Shown: positions 40,041 to 54,906, counted from the stretch's first letter. The stretch: 64,000 bases of DNA from Eledone cirrhosa (GCA_964016885.1 OZ024746.1:86490001-86554000); one strand, 5' to 3'. The notes: generated by a model not told the origin, from the sequence alone. Translations and numbers: made by a program.

Positions 40041-40831
40041 CATATATATATACATGAGGATTGCAGCGTCTTCACAGACGATTGCCGTCTCTTCGTTATC
40101 ATCCCATCTGCGTCCATGACTTCGTAGATGTCTTTGTAGATATGCATGGTAGATCTACTGTAGATCTGCATGGTTGACGACGTGGCTTAGTGGTTAGCGT
40201 GTTCGGCTCACGCTAATAAGATTATGATTTCGGTTCCTACCGGCACGCTGTGTCCTTGAGCAAGGCTCTTTATTTCCTCAAGTTCCAGCCACACAAGTCG
40301 AAAATTGAGCTGTACATTCAATTCAATGAGCCAGCATTGTCACACACCATGTCACGTTGGATCCTTCTGAGAATTGCTTTCTCTAGAATACTCCACCACT
40401 TGTTCATTAATTTCACAGACAATCTGTTCCTTTGATCGAACAAATATCATTCCACAGATAAATCCAACCATTCCTGTCTAGATATTGTGTTTTTTATATC
40501 ATGTTTGCTTTGGATCTTGTGAATCATTGACTAATTTGAAGAATCATCTTAAATCACACGAGTGTATGGCAGTGAACGTAGTGATTTAACAGTGAATGTT
40601 GAGATGGTTAATTTGGGGAGCGAAATTTGATAGATAGAAACTGTACAGAAGACCACTGTAGGACCTATGCCATACTTGAAAACATGCTCTATTTTCTAAT
40701 CTATTGAGTTCTTTATTATATGAACTAGAAGTCTAGTCTTCTTAAATTTCCGATTAAGAGCTTAACATACATACACACATAGACACTTACACACACATTC
40801 ACACATACACATACATACATATATACATACA

Positions 40832-40867
<36 letters not shown>

Positions 40868-40889
40868 TATACAATGTGGAAGACATCCA

Positions 40890-41292
40890 TATACATAATA
40901 TGAAAGAGTACTGGTGGAATGTTCCAGTAAAAACCCCAATAAAATGCAGGCTTAACAGACCAGATATTATGATATGGGACAGGGAGAAGAAAACATGCAC
41001 AGTAGTGGAAATTAGCTGCCCAGCAGATGCCAATATAATATCAAAGATTAGCGAAAAGGAGAATATTTATGCAGAACTGATGAGAAATCTGCAGATACTC
41101 CACCCTGATTACACCTTCAGATTTATGCCTGTGATTATTGGGGCACTGGGGTATGTTAGTAACTGCCTCAATACAAATCTCGAAAAGCTGGGATTCACAG
41201 GAACAGAAAGAACACAACTAGTTAGGAAATAACAAGTACAATCCATTAATGGAACAGTAAAAATATGTAAAACATTCCATTTTGCATCTAAT
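40890..41292 (+). mobile_element. R4/Dong-like RLE 3' end
   Basis: EYWWNVPVKT...RPDIMIWDREKKTCTVVEISCP...PVIIGALG carries the PD-(D/E)xK endonuclease motif. Confidence 0.85.
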
Positions 41293-41557
41293 AACTGCAT
41301 ATACACATGTACAGATACAAAGCATATACACATGCACACATACAACTCAAAACATCCACATCCACACATACAATAACGTCCATATCTACACATGCATGCA
41401 TGCATACATATCTACCTAGTTGATGTTGTGTAAATTCCAATGAGAGAGTCTTGTGTCTATGTTAGAAACCGACTCTCTCTCTATTAGTAACAATTTGTGA
41501 AATTATAAAACCAGAAGAATATACATATATATATATATGTATATATATATATATGTA

Positions 41558-41947
41558 CCATGATATTAAATAAATGGAAACTATATTTATAAAACCATAT
41601 TTATTTTATTATATATATTTCAAGGGCAACCAAGTCAACCTTGGTGCGCTTTCATCAGATAAAATACAAAGTTTGTTTTATAAATAAAGACGTACCCATG
41701 AAAATCATACCTTATCGGTCGGAAATTCACTGGATAGTGGAACCATATTAGGCATTATTTGGTTCCACTATCCAGTGAATTTCCGACCGATAAGGTATGA
41801 TTTTCATGGGTACGTCTTTATTTATAAAACAAACTTTGTATTTTATCTGATGAAAGCGCACCAAGGTTGGCTTCGTTGCCCTTGAAATATATATAATAAA
41901 ATAAATATGGTTTTATAAATATAGTTTCCATTTATTTAATATCATGG
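41558..41947. mobile_element. Foldback PLE 3' fragment with 188-bp arms and a 14-bp spacer
   Basis: Arms 41558-41745 and 41760-41947 differ at about 2 positions. Homologous to 61985-62105. Confidence 0.85.
41839..41903 (+). ncRNA. Type I hammerhead ribozyme (mirror copy on the minus strand at 41602-41666)
   Basis: TATTTTAT-CTGATGA-AAG...CTT-GAAA-TATATA-TA-ATAAAATA, with an 8-bp stem I and an AUA triplet. Confidence 0.85.
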
Positions 41948-42429
41948 AATATTTACTCCAGTTAACTGTTGAGTGCTCTAAATCAGTTATAAACATTTAT
42001 GTTTGTCGGAATTCCAACAAATTAAATACAACTTCTACATACATATATATATGTATATATGTATATATATATGTATATATATATGTATATATGTATATAT
42101 GTATATATGTATATATATATGTATATATATATGTATGTACTGGTAACTTATGAGACAGTTTTAGGAATGCCGTATTTTTAAAAAAACCTGGTGGAGCCCA
42201 TCTCCTCTCCAGGTTTGAACACAGAAGATTTCTTCGAGAGAATGATAGAGAGTGAGGGAATGAAAGCGAGAAAGGGATATTGAGAAAGAATCGACCCCAG
42301 TACTAAACTGGTACTTTTTTTCTCGACATGGAATGGATGAAAGGCAAATTTGACCTCAGTAGGATTTGAACACAGAGAGCAGATAGCCTAAATATATACC
42401 GCAGTGCATTGTACCCGACATTTGATGAC

Positions 42430-43717
42430 TCGACTAATTCGCCGTCTAGACTCACATATATACATACACATACATGCACACAGACACACACACACTCTAC
42501 TAATTCACCGTCTAGACTCACACATATATACATACACATACATGCACAGACACACACACACTCTACTAATTCACCGTCTAGACTCACATATATACATACA
42601 CATACATGCACACAGACACACACACACACTCTACTAATTCACCGTCTAGACTCACATATATACATACACATACATGCACACAGACACACACACACACTCT
42701 ACTAATTCACCGTCTAGACTCACATATATACATACACATACATGCACACAGACACACACACACACTCTACTAATTCACCGTCTAGACTCACACATATATA
42801 CATACACATACATGCACACAGACACACACACACTCTACTAATTCGCCGTCTAGACTCACATATATACATACACATACATGCACACAGACACTCTACTAAT
42901 TCACCGTCTAGACTCTCATATATACATACACATACATGCACACACACACACACACACACTCTACTAATTCGCCGTCTAGACTCACACATATATACATACA
43001 CATACATACACATACATGCACACACACACACACACACTCTACTAATTCGCCGTCTAGACTCACACATATATACATACACATACATACACATACATGCACA
43101 CACACATACACACACTCTACTAATTCACCGTCTAGACTCACATATATACATACACATACATGCACACAGACACACACACACACACTCTACTAATTCACCG
43201 TCTAGACTCACATATATACATACACATACATGCACACACACACACACACACACACACTCTACTAATTCGCCGTCTAGACTCACATATATACATACACATA
43301 CATGCACACAGACACACACACACACACTCTACTAATTCACCGTCTAGACTCACATATATACATACACATACATGCACACACACACACACACACTCTACTA
43401 ATTCACCGTCTAGACTCACATATATACATACACATACATGCACACAGACACACACACACTCTACTAATTCGCCGTCTAGACTCACACATATATACATACA
43501 CATACATGCACACACACACACACACACTCTACTAATTCGCCGTCTAGACTCACACATATATACATACACATACATGCACACAGACACACACACACTCTAC
43601 TAATTCGCCGTCTAGACTCACACATATATACATACACATACATGCACACACACACACACACACACACACACTCTACTAATTCGCCGTCTAGACTCACATA
43701 TATACATACACATACAT

Positions 43718-43752
<35 letters not shown>

Positions 43753-43871
43753 ACTAATTCACCGTCTAGACTCACACATATATACATACACATACATGCA
43801 CACACACACACACACACACACACACTCTACTAATTCGCCGTCTAGACTGACATATATACATACACATACAT

Positions 43872-43908
<37 letters not shown>

Positions 43909-44100
43909 ACTAATTCACCGTCTAGACTCACACATATATACATACACATACATGCACACAGACACACACACACACACTCTACTAATTCACCGTCTAGACT
44001 CACATATATACATACACATACATGCACACACACACACACACACACACACTCTACTAATTCGCCGTCTAGACTCACATATATACATACACATACATGCACA
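42430..44100. repeat. Minisatellite with a ~55-75-bp unit and roughly 25-28 copies
   Basis: Unit is CTCTACTAATTC(A/G)CCGTCTAGACTCACATATATACATACACATACATG followed by a variable (CA)n. Confidence 0.95.
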
Positions 44101-44172
44101 CAGAAACACACACACACGTATGCATAAATCTATAATCAATATATACACAAATACATGTATTATCCCTCCTAC

Positions 44173-44242
<70 letters not shown>

Positions 44243-45558
44243 CTCTCTCTCTCTCTCTCCCACACACACATACAGACACACACATACATACACATATATA
44301 CACTGAATGACACCCATTTTCAATTTCTAATATGCAGATGAGGAATATTCTAGAAAAAATAATAGATAAAAAAATGAGGTCAGAGACTACGTAAATATAT
44401 ATTTCATGGAATTCCAGAAAAATTCCCAGTTGGTTTTATTGATTTTCTGCTAGTATTCCGTACATCTTTATTATTGATTTTTTTCACCTTCACTAGTCAG
44501 AAGTCACATTTTATTGAGAATCATTTATAATCAATGTAGTATATTACTGGTAAGGCAGCGTATTAGAATAACCGGTAGAATGTCGGAATATATACCCCAT
44601 GTATTTGTTCCGGATCTCTGTGCATTGGATTCGAATCCCATCGAGGTTAACTTAGAATATTTCGGGGGTGGGGGGGTTCTGTCGGAGTCAAGTCAATAAA
44701 TAAAGTACCAAACCAAGGTGGTGGAATGGAAGAATTGATAAAGTATCGGACATGTTGTATTTCGGTATCACTTTCAGTACTTTGTAATTTAAGTCTGACT
44801 CTGGTACCAAGCTTGTTTGGCACTGAAGAGAGGGGACTTGAATTAACAGATGTTCCCAGATGCTTTACGAAACAAAATAAAAAAAAAAATGAAAAAAATC
44901 TTGTTCCGGCCAGCGCCACGGTAAGGAACTTTCCAGGTACAGATCCATCGTCTCGTGAGACATACTGAGACACATATTACTGCTAAATGCGTTTATCCTC
45001 TTTTTGATATGAAACATCTGGATTTGATCTGTAAAGAACGTCCTTCAATAAGGTTATTGCATCAAATAATTTGACTAAGTATAATGTTGGTTTAAGTACT
45101 GCTGACGACTCTCATTTGAGATGTTACTTCTGTGTGTGTGTGTGTATGTTTGTGTGTATGTATATATATGTGTATATATGTGTATATGTGTGTGAGAGCT
45201 CACACCTATGCAGGTTTAGCTGGCCTCCTCCACGGTATATCTCGCTGGAGGTGTCTTGGGTGATTTAATGATAGGGACCCCAGTCCTATCATCTCATTTC
45301 TACAGCTTAGTAAACTGGAGCAACGTGAAATAAAGTGTCTTGCTCAAGGAAACAACACAACCTTTCGACTGCAAGTCCAATGCTCTAACCACTAAGCCAT
45401 GCGCCTTCACATATATCTATGTATGTATGTATGTATGTATGTATGTATGTATGTATGTATGTATGTATGTATGTATGTTATCTCTTTCTCTTAATTTCGA
45501 GTATATTTTTTTGACCGGCCACCTTCCCGGTGGCAAGGTTGTAAAAGAAAAGAAATTG

Positions 45559-45882
45559 TCATCCCTTGAATCGCAAGAATGTTTTGCAAATTTTGAAGGT
45601 GCCAGCTATCGCAGCCATTTGTAGACTATGAATTAGGGAGCTGCGCTTTTTGTCCGCAAATCCAAGTTCAGTCATACTTTGGTCCAAGCGGGTTGGTATA
45701 TAACCCGTAGCTCCAATAATGATGGGTATGAAGCTAAAGGTGTATCTTGGATACTGGATTTGTAAACTCCTCATCAATGGTCCGTAGATGTCCTCCTTCT
45801 CCTGTATTTTTCGGACAACGTTTACATCAAGTGGGCAGCTGATCTCCACAACAGAACACGTTTTCAATGTGCGGTCCCAAAC
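45559..45882 (-). mobile_element. R4/Dong-like RLE 3' end
   Basis: Encodes VWDRTLKTCSVVEISCPLDVN...PIIIGATG...GTFKICKTFLRF. Confidence 0.85.
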
Positions 45883-46190
45883 CGGCTCCACCCACTCCCT
45901 CATTGATCTACAGGCAAGTTCAGCCATCCCCACCTCCCACCCACTGCCATGAAAGATTTAATTGTGTTTACAAGAAATTTTGACCAATCCTTTTGACAAC
46001 TACAATATTCCCATATAAGGAATTACCCCTTGAAAAGTTTGGCTATTTATTTACCACGCTAAAAATTCTAATTTAATCCAGAAATAGCCGTCGAAACGGC
46101 TTGAGCTCTGCCGTCGGGTTTAAACTTGTTCCTTCATACATACATATATATATAGTTAAAAGAATAGAGGTGTAACACACAAGTTATTAT

Positions 46191-46690
46191 ATATTGGTAA
46201 ACGGAATAGAAAATGCTGACAAATTGTTCACAGTTGAAAAATGGTTTAATTAGGAATAAAAGAGTATTAGTAATTGTATGGGTTAGTATTCAGTTGTGGT
46301 TTTAAGTTTTTAATGCGCATTTCTAAATGCTTTTCAAAAATAATTTTGAGATAGAGTGTCCGTGTTGTTTGCTAACAACACGGACACTCTATCTCAAAAT
46401 TATTTTTGAAAAGCATTTAGAAATGCGCATTAAAAACTTAAAAACAACACGGACACTCTATCTCAAAATTATTTTTGAAAATCATTTAGAAATGCGCATT
46501 AAAAACTTAAAAACAACACGGACACTCTATCTCAAAATTATTTTTGAAAAGCATTTAGAAATGCGCATTAAAAACTTAAAACCACAACTGAATACTAACC
46601 CATACAATTACTAATACTCTTTTATTCCTAATTAAACCATTTTTCAACTGTGAACAATTTGTCAGCATTTTCTATTCCGTTTACCAATAT
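46191..46690. repeat. Foldback repeat whose right arm contains a 69-bp unit three times
   Basis: Left arm 46191-46369, 4-bp spacer, right arm 46374-46690 with units starting at 46374, 46443 and 46512. Confidence 0.9.
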
Positions 46691-46706
46691 ATATATATAT
46701 ATATAT

Positions 46707-46777
46707 GATGTGTTGGTGTAATGGTAACACAGTGGTCTGGATAACCAAAGATGTGGGTTCGACTCCCATGTACGTCA
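46707..46777 (+). pseudogene. tRNA-like cloverleaf (tRNA pseudogene or SINE head)
   Basis: Acceptor stem GATGTGT/GTACGTC, D-stem GTGT/ACAC, anticodon arm TGGT-CTGGATA-ACCA and T-arm GTGGG-TTCGACT-CCCAT. A T6 run follows at 46788. Confidence 0.6.
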
Positions 46778-47329
46778 ATACTCATCTTTTTCCATTTATC
46801 TGCGGGTTCTAAACCCCATTATCAGGCTAAAATTTCTTTAGTAAAAAATACGGTGAAAGCTATTCTATTTTCTAATTTCAAACCTGCTCACTGTTTCAAA
46901 ACATACTTACTTGTCATATATATATATATATATACATACATATATGTGTGTGTGTGTGTGTGTTTAACACGGAAAGATACAGTTTGAGAATTATGTGACT
47001 GTTCTTTCTAGCATATCACACACACAAACACAAACGCACATTTTCCCACATACACTTTTGACTTAAGTGAAAAATAAATTGACAACTTGCTGTCTTTTGG
47101 CTGATTTGAATAGATTTATATATACTATTTGTAAAATAAGTGGAAATTTATATATAATTGGTTTACTTCAATTAAATACAGCCATAAATAAAGTTTCAGT
47201 CTTTGGCAGGACTTAAAGAATGGTGAAATAATAATTTGTTTTTACTTAAATTAAGTTGAACATTATATATAATTATTTTGTTTAGGTAAAACAAACTGGC
47301 ACCCGCGTAAACATAAACATGCACAGATA

Positions 47330-48339
<1,010 letters not shown>

Positions 48340-49778
48340 ATATATGTGTGTATGTATCTGTGTCTATCTGTTAGAACACGAAAAGTGTGAAACAACAGAA
48401 TGTTCACTTTTCGTGTTCTAACATATATGCGTAGCTTCTTAAAAAATTTTTCAGGGATAGCCGTGGTGGTGGTGATCGTATGTCATTGGCTAATTTTCAA
48501 CCAATCAGAGTACCTCTCTCTATATCTCTTCCACTGTTACTTACGCCTGTTTCTCTCTATCTGTTCCGTCTCTATATATATCTCTTACTCTTTCGCTTTG
48601 CACTCCTCCCCTTCAATACCATCTCTCCCCCTCTCTATATATTTGTTACTCTATCGCTGCACGCTCCTCTCCTTCAATATATCAATTACACACGCTTTAC
48701 ACTCCTTTATCCCCAGCGCCCCTATATATACACCCCCCTCTCCCGCATCTATATTTTAATGTACCGTTGCACCGTGAATATATGTGTCTATATATATATA
48801 CATATATATTGTATATACACATTCATGTATGTGTATACACACTCATGTATGTATATACACTGGTTTTATGTGTGTATTGTAAATTTGTACTGTTAAAACA
48901 CGAAACTAACATTCGATTGACACTTTGATTACCTGTACAGGCAATAGTTATTAGAATGCTGTTGAAGTGTGTATATATTTTTGGGGGACATCCTGTATAT
49001 ACACACATTATATATAATACAATAAACAGATAAATACACACATATATATATGAGCTTATTTAATTATAAATATTGTGAATTTTTAACTCAGTTCAATTAT
49101 ATATATAAATGGTTTCTACAGGACTAGAACTGTTTCATTCGAAAGAAATCATCATAATATTGAGAGGGGGACTAGATAAAATATTTCAAATCAAATGTGT
49201 ATAAGTTATAAGTTAAAATGTATAAATAGAGACGATAGTGGAGGTATATCTGTTTAGTGGAACAGTAGACGATAGAATTAAATACAGACGATAATCTCCC
49301 TTTAATGAAACAGCAGACGATAGAATTAAGGCAATTTAAATTTTAAGCATTTGCATTTTTGCCTTTCATCGTTACGGGGTCGATAAAATAAAGTACCAGT
49401 AATACACTGTCACTAGACGACTTTCAAATTGAATTGTTGGTTCCATTTCTTTAGTATTTTCAATTGTAGTTATCTACTTAAAAAGCGTTACACGGTTAGA
49501 GACATAATTCGTAAGTTATATCTTCCCTATTAAACCATTGCATTATTTCGCCTACAATAGAACAAAAATGAAATGTTCTTTAAAGAAACAGGAATATAAC
49601 TTTATAAAAAAAAAAGTTGCATCCGCTTCTTTTATCATTGATAATTTTTTCGTTTTAATATTAATTGTTTTTTGTAGTTGTTTATATTAAAAATCTTACT
49701 GTAATATTTACTTAAACGAAGGCAAACATCTAAACTTATAGATTAATCTTGAGCGAAGGACTAGATAAATCTCTCTCC

Positions 49779-49811
<33 letters not shown>

Positions 49812-51548
49812 AAAACGAAGAATGATAAAATTTCAAGCAAAGAGTTTAATTAGGTATATTTTGTAATATTATTAACTAATTATTATAATTAACGCGCATA
49901 TTTTGCTATCCTCAAACACGTTTACACATGGCATGAAATATAACTAATCCGAGATGGCTAGGTTTCATCTTCTAACTGGATATACGAAATCCATTATGTC
50001 TTGACAACAACATGAGGTAACATTATGTTATTCACAGACACACTTTGTACACTGTTCCATATCAGAATGTATTTCCTTCGTCACATTCACAAACAGTATT
50101 GAAAATATGTTCTTCGGCAAATAAAAATGTTTTGTTCATAATATTTCAACTAGCGATTGCTCTACTCCACGCACGACCACCATAAATTAATGACCAGCTC
50201 AACACAAGTATTGGTAGAGCGTCAGACACCATGCTTTGCAGTATTGTTATGGTCCTTTGCATTCTAAGTTCAAATCCTGCCGAGGTTAACTTCGACTTTC
50301 ATACTTACTAATTCGATAAAATAAAGTACCAGTAATGGACTGCCGTAATGGATTTGTGCCGAAAAATAGAAACACTATTAATGTGCAATAAGAGCAAAAT
50401 ATAACGACATTGCTCAATTATTTTATCTAATGTTGTAATAACACAAGGAAATGTTGTTTGTGTATTTTTTTTTATATTTGCTCATAGGCTTTTACAATTT
50501 CGCTCAGCCAACAACTATTAAAAAGTGAGTTGCTTAAGATAACAATTTAATCACAAATTGTTGATATCTTTTAATACACTCCAACAAGTCATCAAATTAT
50601 GTACAATAAAAACAAATCTTATTAATTTGCTCAAGGAATATAAAGAAAATGTATATACACTGATAATTGCAATTGTATGTAAATATTTTGTTTTTGTATT
50701 GTATATTTTATGTTTTCTATTATGTATAATATATTGATTTAATATTGATTGTTTTTTGTAGTTGTTTATATTAAAAGTCTGAAAATATTTTTATACATCT
50801 TACACTAATATTTATAAGATAATTTATAATAACAATTACATAATCTAATTACATTACAACGATAATTTATTATTAATATATATCCTGTTTAACTAGAGTT
50901 ATTACAAGCGTTGCCTTAAAAATATATTAAACTAGACATGAAAAATGCGCAAGCTCAAAAGTGCCACAGAATGTTATAATAAACCTTCAAAAGTGTGGGA
51001 CTAGAGTTGTTGCTAAAAAATATTGTAATCATTATATATCGTACATTCTGTGGCATCCTTTATAAAAATAGCTTAAACCAACGAAGCCTTTATTTTTACG
51101 CTATTTCACTTAGTTAATTCTTAGAGTGTAACATATAAAAATAAATACATCTATGTTTAATGTAATAACAGCTATAAATAATTACGTAATATTATTATCA
51201 TATACTCATAGTAACAAAATAATTGTGTTGAAACTTAATATGATGCTTATATGAACGATCAAATCTATAATGATAATTTCTTAAATATACTAATAGTAAA
51301 ATAATTTAGTTATCTATTGTTACATTTTCATAGAACTATAATATTAACAATCGTATTGCATTATCAAATTTTTATCACTACAAACTTTCATATTGGAATT
51401 ACCTTAAGCCACTTATTATTACTTCGCTTTCGTACTTTTACAGCTGTAGATATTGCGCTGTATCTTATATCTAATATCAATATCTCGTGGTAATTTGCAT
51501 GAAGTGTAAAATAGGTTTATTAATAACTTTAATATGAAATGTATTATA

Positions 51549-51636
51549 CAGGGCTGCGGAGTCGGCCAAAAATTGACTGGCTCCAACTCAGGATCCGATA
51601 CTCCATTATTTCCTAAATTTCAGCTCCGCAGCTCTG
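51549..51636. mobile_element. Very short hAT MITE
   Basis: TIRs CAGGGCTGCGGAG / CTCCGCAGCTCTG with TSD GTATTATA / TTATTATA. Confidence 0.75.
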
Positions 51637-51861
51637 TTATTATATTAATTAATTTATTTTATAGTTGTAAATGATATTTTTATATGTTACACTCTAAGAA
51701 TTAACTAAGTGAAATAGCGTAAAAATAAAGGCTTCGTTGGTTTAAGCTATTTTTATAAAGGATGCCACAGAATGTACGATATTATTACTTCGTAATAAGG
51801 TGGTAATGTATTACTGACCTTTCCTGTTTATAATTATATATAGTGTATATATAAGTATATA

Positions 51862-51916
<55 letters not shown>

Positions 51917-52135
51917 TATGAAGAGAGAAGAAACATTTAGATATAATTAGTAATAAAATGTATCATACCCAAACTGCTCCTCTCCTAGATTCCTCGACTA
52001 CGTAGTTTCGTGGCATAAACAAAAACAATACATCATAAAGATATAGAGTCCTTGCGAGGTCTGCCGCCCCCTCCGCCTTTTGGGATTCTTTCTCACGTCG
52101 TGTAGACGCGTTCTTGAGACTAGTAAAATGAGGTA

Positions 52136-52225
52136 TCCTCTTGATAAGTCGGCAGACCTCGCAAGGACTCTATATCTTTATGATGTATTGTTTTTGTTTA
52201 TGCCACGAAACTACGTAGTCGAGGA
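52136..52225 (+). ncRNA. Type I hammerhead ribozyme, U3-A8 variant
   Basis: TCCTC-TTGATAA-GT(C)GGCA...TGCCAC-GAAA-CTACGTAG-TC-GAGGA. Stem III is the palindrome ACTACGTAGT and the triplet is GUC. It lies within foldback arms 51911-52066 / 52150-52300. Confidence 0.85.
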
Positions 52226-52456
52226 ATCTAGGAGCAGTTTGGGTATGATACATTTTATTACTAATTATATCTAAATGTTTCTTCTCTCTTCATAATGTAT
52301 TTTTAACTCTGATACTGGTTCAGTCTGGTTCAACCGGATTGGTCTGTCCCAGTCATTCATTGAGCAACATCGGTGAAGTTGGCACCCTTAACTCACAGTT
52401 GGGTGCGGATGCATTCATGTATATGTGTGTGTCCGCATGTATCTGTGTGTTTCTAA

Positions 52457-52495
<39 letters not shown>

Positions 52496-52956
52496 ACTGC
52501 CTATATTCTAAATATGGGACGCACAGAACAAAGACAATGAGAAAAACAATAACAACGGAAAGACGGACAGTCCATCTCCTCAATCAACCTCTAGAAATCA
52601 CTACGATTTCGGTCCTTTAATGTTGATACCGTTCATTCTAGTGCACATTGGGACGTAACAAAACAGGTAGAGAGAAGATATGCCTTTAGGCGAATTACAC
52701 AAATATAGATGAAAACGTATCCCGCAGATGAAAACGTATTCCCCGACATATATGTCTATGTACTTGAGTACGGTGCGTCTAGATGCGTGTTTATGTATGC
52801 ATATTTATACCTATATGCACCTGTAAAAGTGCATGTGCAAACACTACGAGAAACACACACACGTTAGGCACACTGTGAGTATTATACACTCACACACACA
52901 CGTATGTATGCACACAGAGACACGCGTAGCATAATAGTAAATAACAGAAATAAATA

Positions 52957-53531
52957 ATTGTTTCTACTTTTGGCACAAGGCCAGCAATTATTCCAGTGCA
53001 TTACTGGTACTTTATTTTATCGACTCCGTAAGGATTAAAAGACAAAGTTAACCTCGGCGGATTTGAACTCAGCCCGTAAAGGGCCGTAGCTCCTTGCTGC
53101 AAAGCATGGTGTCCGACCCTTTACCGATACTGCCAATCTACCACCCTTAAAGTTTCTACTTTTGTCAGAAGGCCAGCGATTACCTCAGTGCATAACTGGT
53201 ACTTTATTTTATCGACCCCGTAAGAACGAAAGGCAAAGTTAACCTCGGCGGGATTTGAACGCAGATCATAAAGGGCCGTAACACTATGCTTCAAAGCATG
53301 GCGTCCGACCCTCTACCGATACTGCCAATCCACCGCCCTCATAACGGAAATAAATAATTGTTTCTAGTTTTGGCACAAGGCCAGCAATTACCCAGTACAT
53401 TACTGGTACTTTATTTTATCGACCCCGTAAAGATGAAAGGCAAAGTTAACCTCGACGGGATTTGAACTCAGACCGTAAAGGGACGTAATTATGCTAGAAA
53501 GCATGGCGTCCAACCCTCTACCGATACTGCC
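52957..53531 (-). mobile_element. Three head-to-tail SINE family 1 copies
   Basis: Copies lie at ~52957-53146, 53152-53338 and 53357-53531. Confidence 0.85.
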
Positions 53532-54785
53532 GCGAAATAATTTGAGAAGTGAAAGAAAAATGTTAGCTTAAATATTTCTCCCAACTTCTCCACATAACCC
53601 TCCACTAACAAGAAGAATTATTAAAGAAATTAAGCAATAAATCAACTTCATTTGTCTGCAAAGACACTTCTAAGACTACATCACATTGGATACAATGACG
53701 TCATCTGGAAGCCCTGCAAATAGTTTATTGTAAGTTACTTCATGATTGATTGATTGATTAACTGGCTGGCTGGCTGGCTGGCTGACAGGTTGGCTGGCAG
53801 GTTGGCTGACTGGTTGGTTCTTGTTTAGTTATTGACTGAGAACCATCATGTGCAGAGAAGAGCAAAAAAAAAAAATATATATATATAATAATAATAATAA
53901 CAACAACAAAAAAAACCAAACGAGAACAACAATAACAACTACAAAAACAATAATAATGACAATGGCGAGAAAATTAACAGTCTTGTGAGACAGAATTAAT
54001 GTACATTAAACAGATTTTAGTAATTTATCTACGTCTTGATGAGATTCTCGAAAGCTGACTTAGGCTGTCAATCGCGATGTACACGAGATCGAATACAGGC
54101 AACGTCGTAAACGTTGTTTTTTTAAAAAAAATCTCAATGATGATAAAAGTGTTCATTTCTCAATAAGCTTTATAGAATATAGGGATCAGTTGGAGAGGAT
54201 TGCTTCTGACAGGACCCACTGGAAGGAGGTTTTGAGGACTCTGCCGCCACGCGACCCTCTCGGGAATAAGTGGACGAAGAAGAAGAAGAAGAAGAAGAAG
54301 AAGAACCTTCTGATGTTAGTAATCTGCAGCTTTGCCAGTAGGAACAATTGGGACAGCCAAACTCATGGATGTTATCCAGGAACCTTGCTCTGGGCCGGCT
54401 TCTGGGTCTCCTGCCAGTTGGTTTTGTCCATAAAATCTGTCCAGTGATTCTTTCCCGAGACATTCTATCTACATGCCCGTAATAAGTGAATGTAATAGAT
54501 AAAATCCATGGGCTGAAAATCAAAGACCCGAGGCCGACCGCCATCCAGCATCTTCCACCTTTGCCGGTCGCCCTCAAGTGACGTGGCTAAAGCTTACAGT
54601 GTGCTACTACCGGTCAGATAAAGGAAAACAGAAAGGGATAGGACATAAGTCAGCGTTAATATCATGCCACAAGAAAAAAGAAAGAAAGAAAGAAAGAAGA
54701 GAGAAGAAGGGGGAAGGAAGAAAAGGAAGAAGAAGAGAAGTCAGGGTTAATGTCAGCTATAAGAAGAAAGACAGAAAGAAAGAGG

Positions 54786-54906
<121 letters not shown>

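Noticed and set aside
42430-44100. CRISPR-like appearance (constant motif with variable intervals)
   Set aside because: The intervals are only (CA)n length variants, not unique spacers. The context is eukaryotic and there are no cas genes.
49960-50140. Cys-rich minus-strand peptide (EQCTKCVCE*HNVTSCCC)
   Set aside because: It has an in-frame stop, no clear splice sites and no recognisable family, so it is likely chance or an unidentifiable relic.
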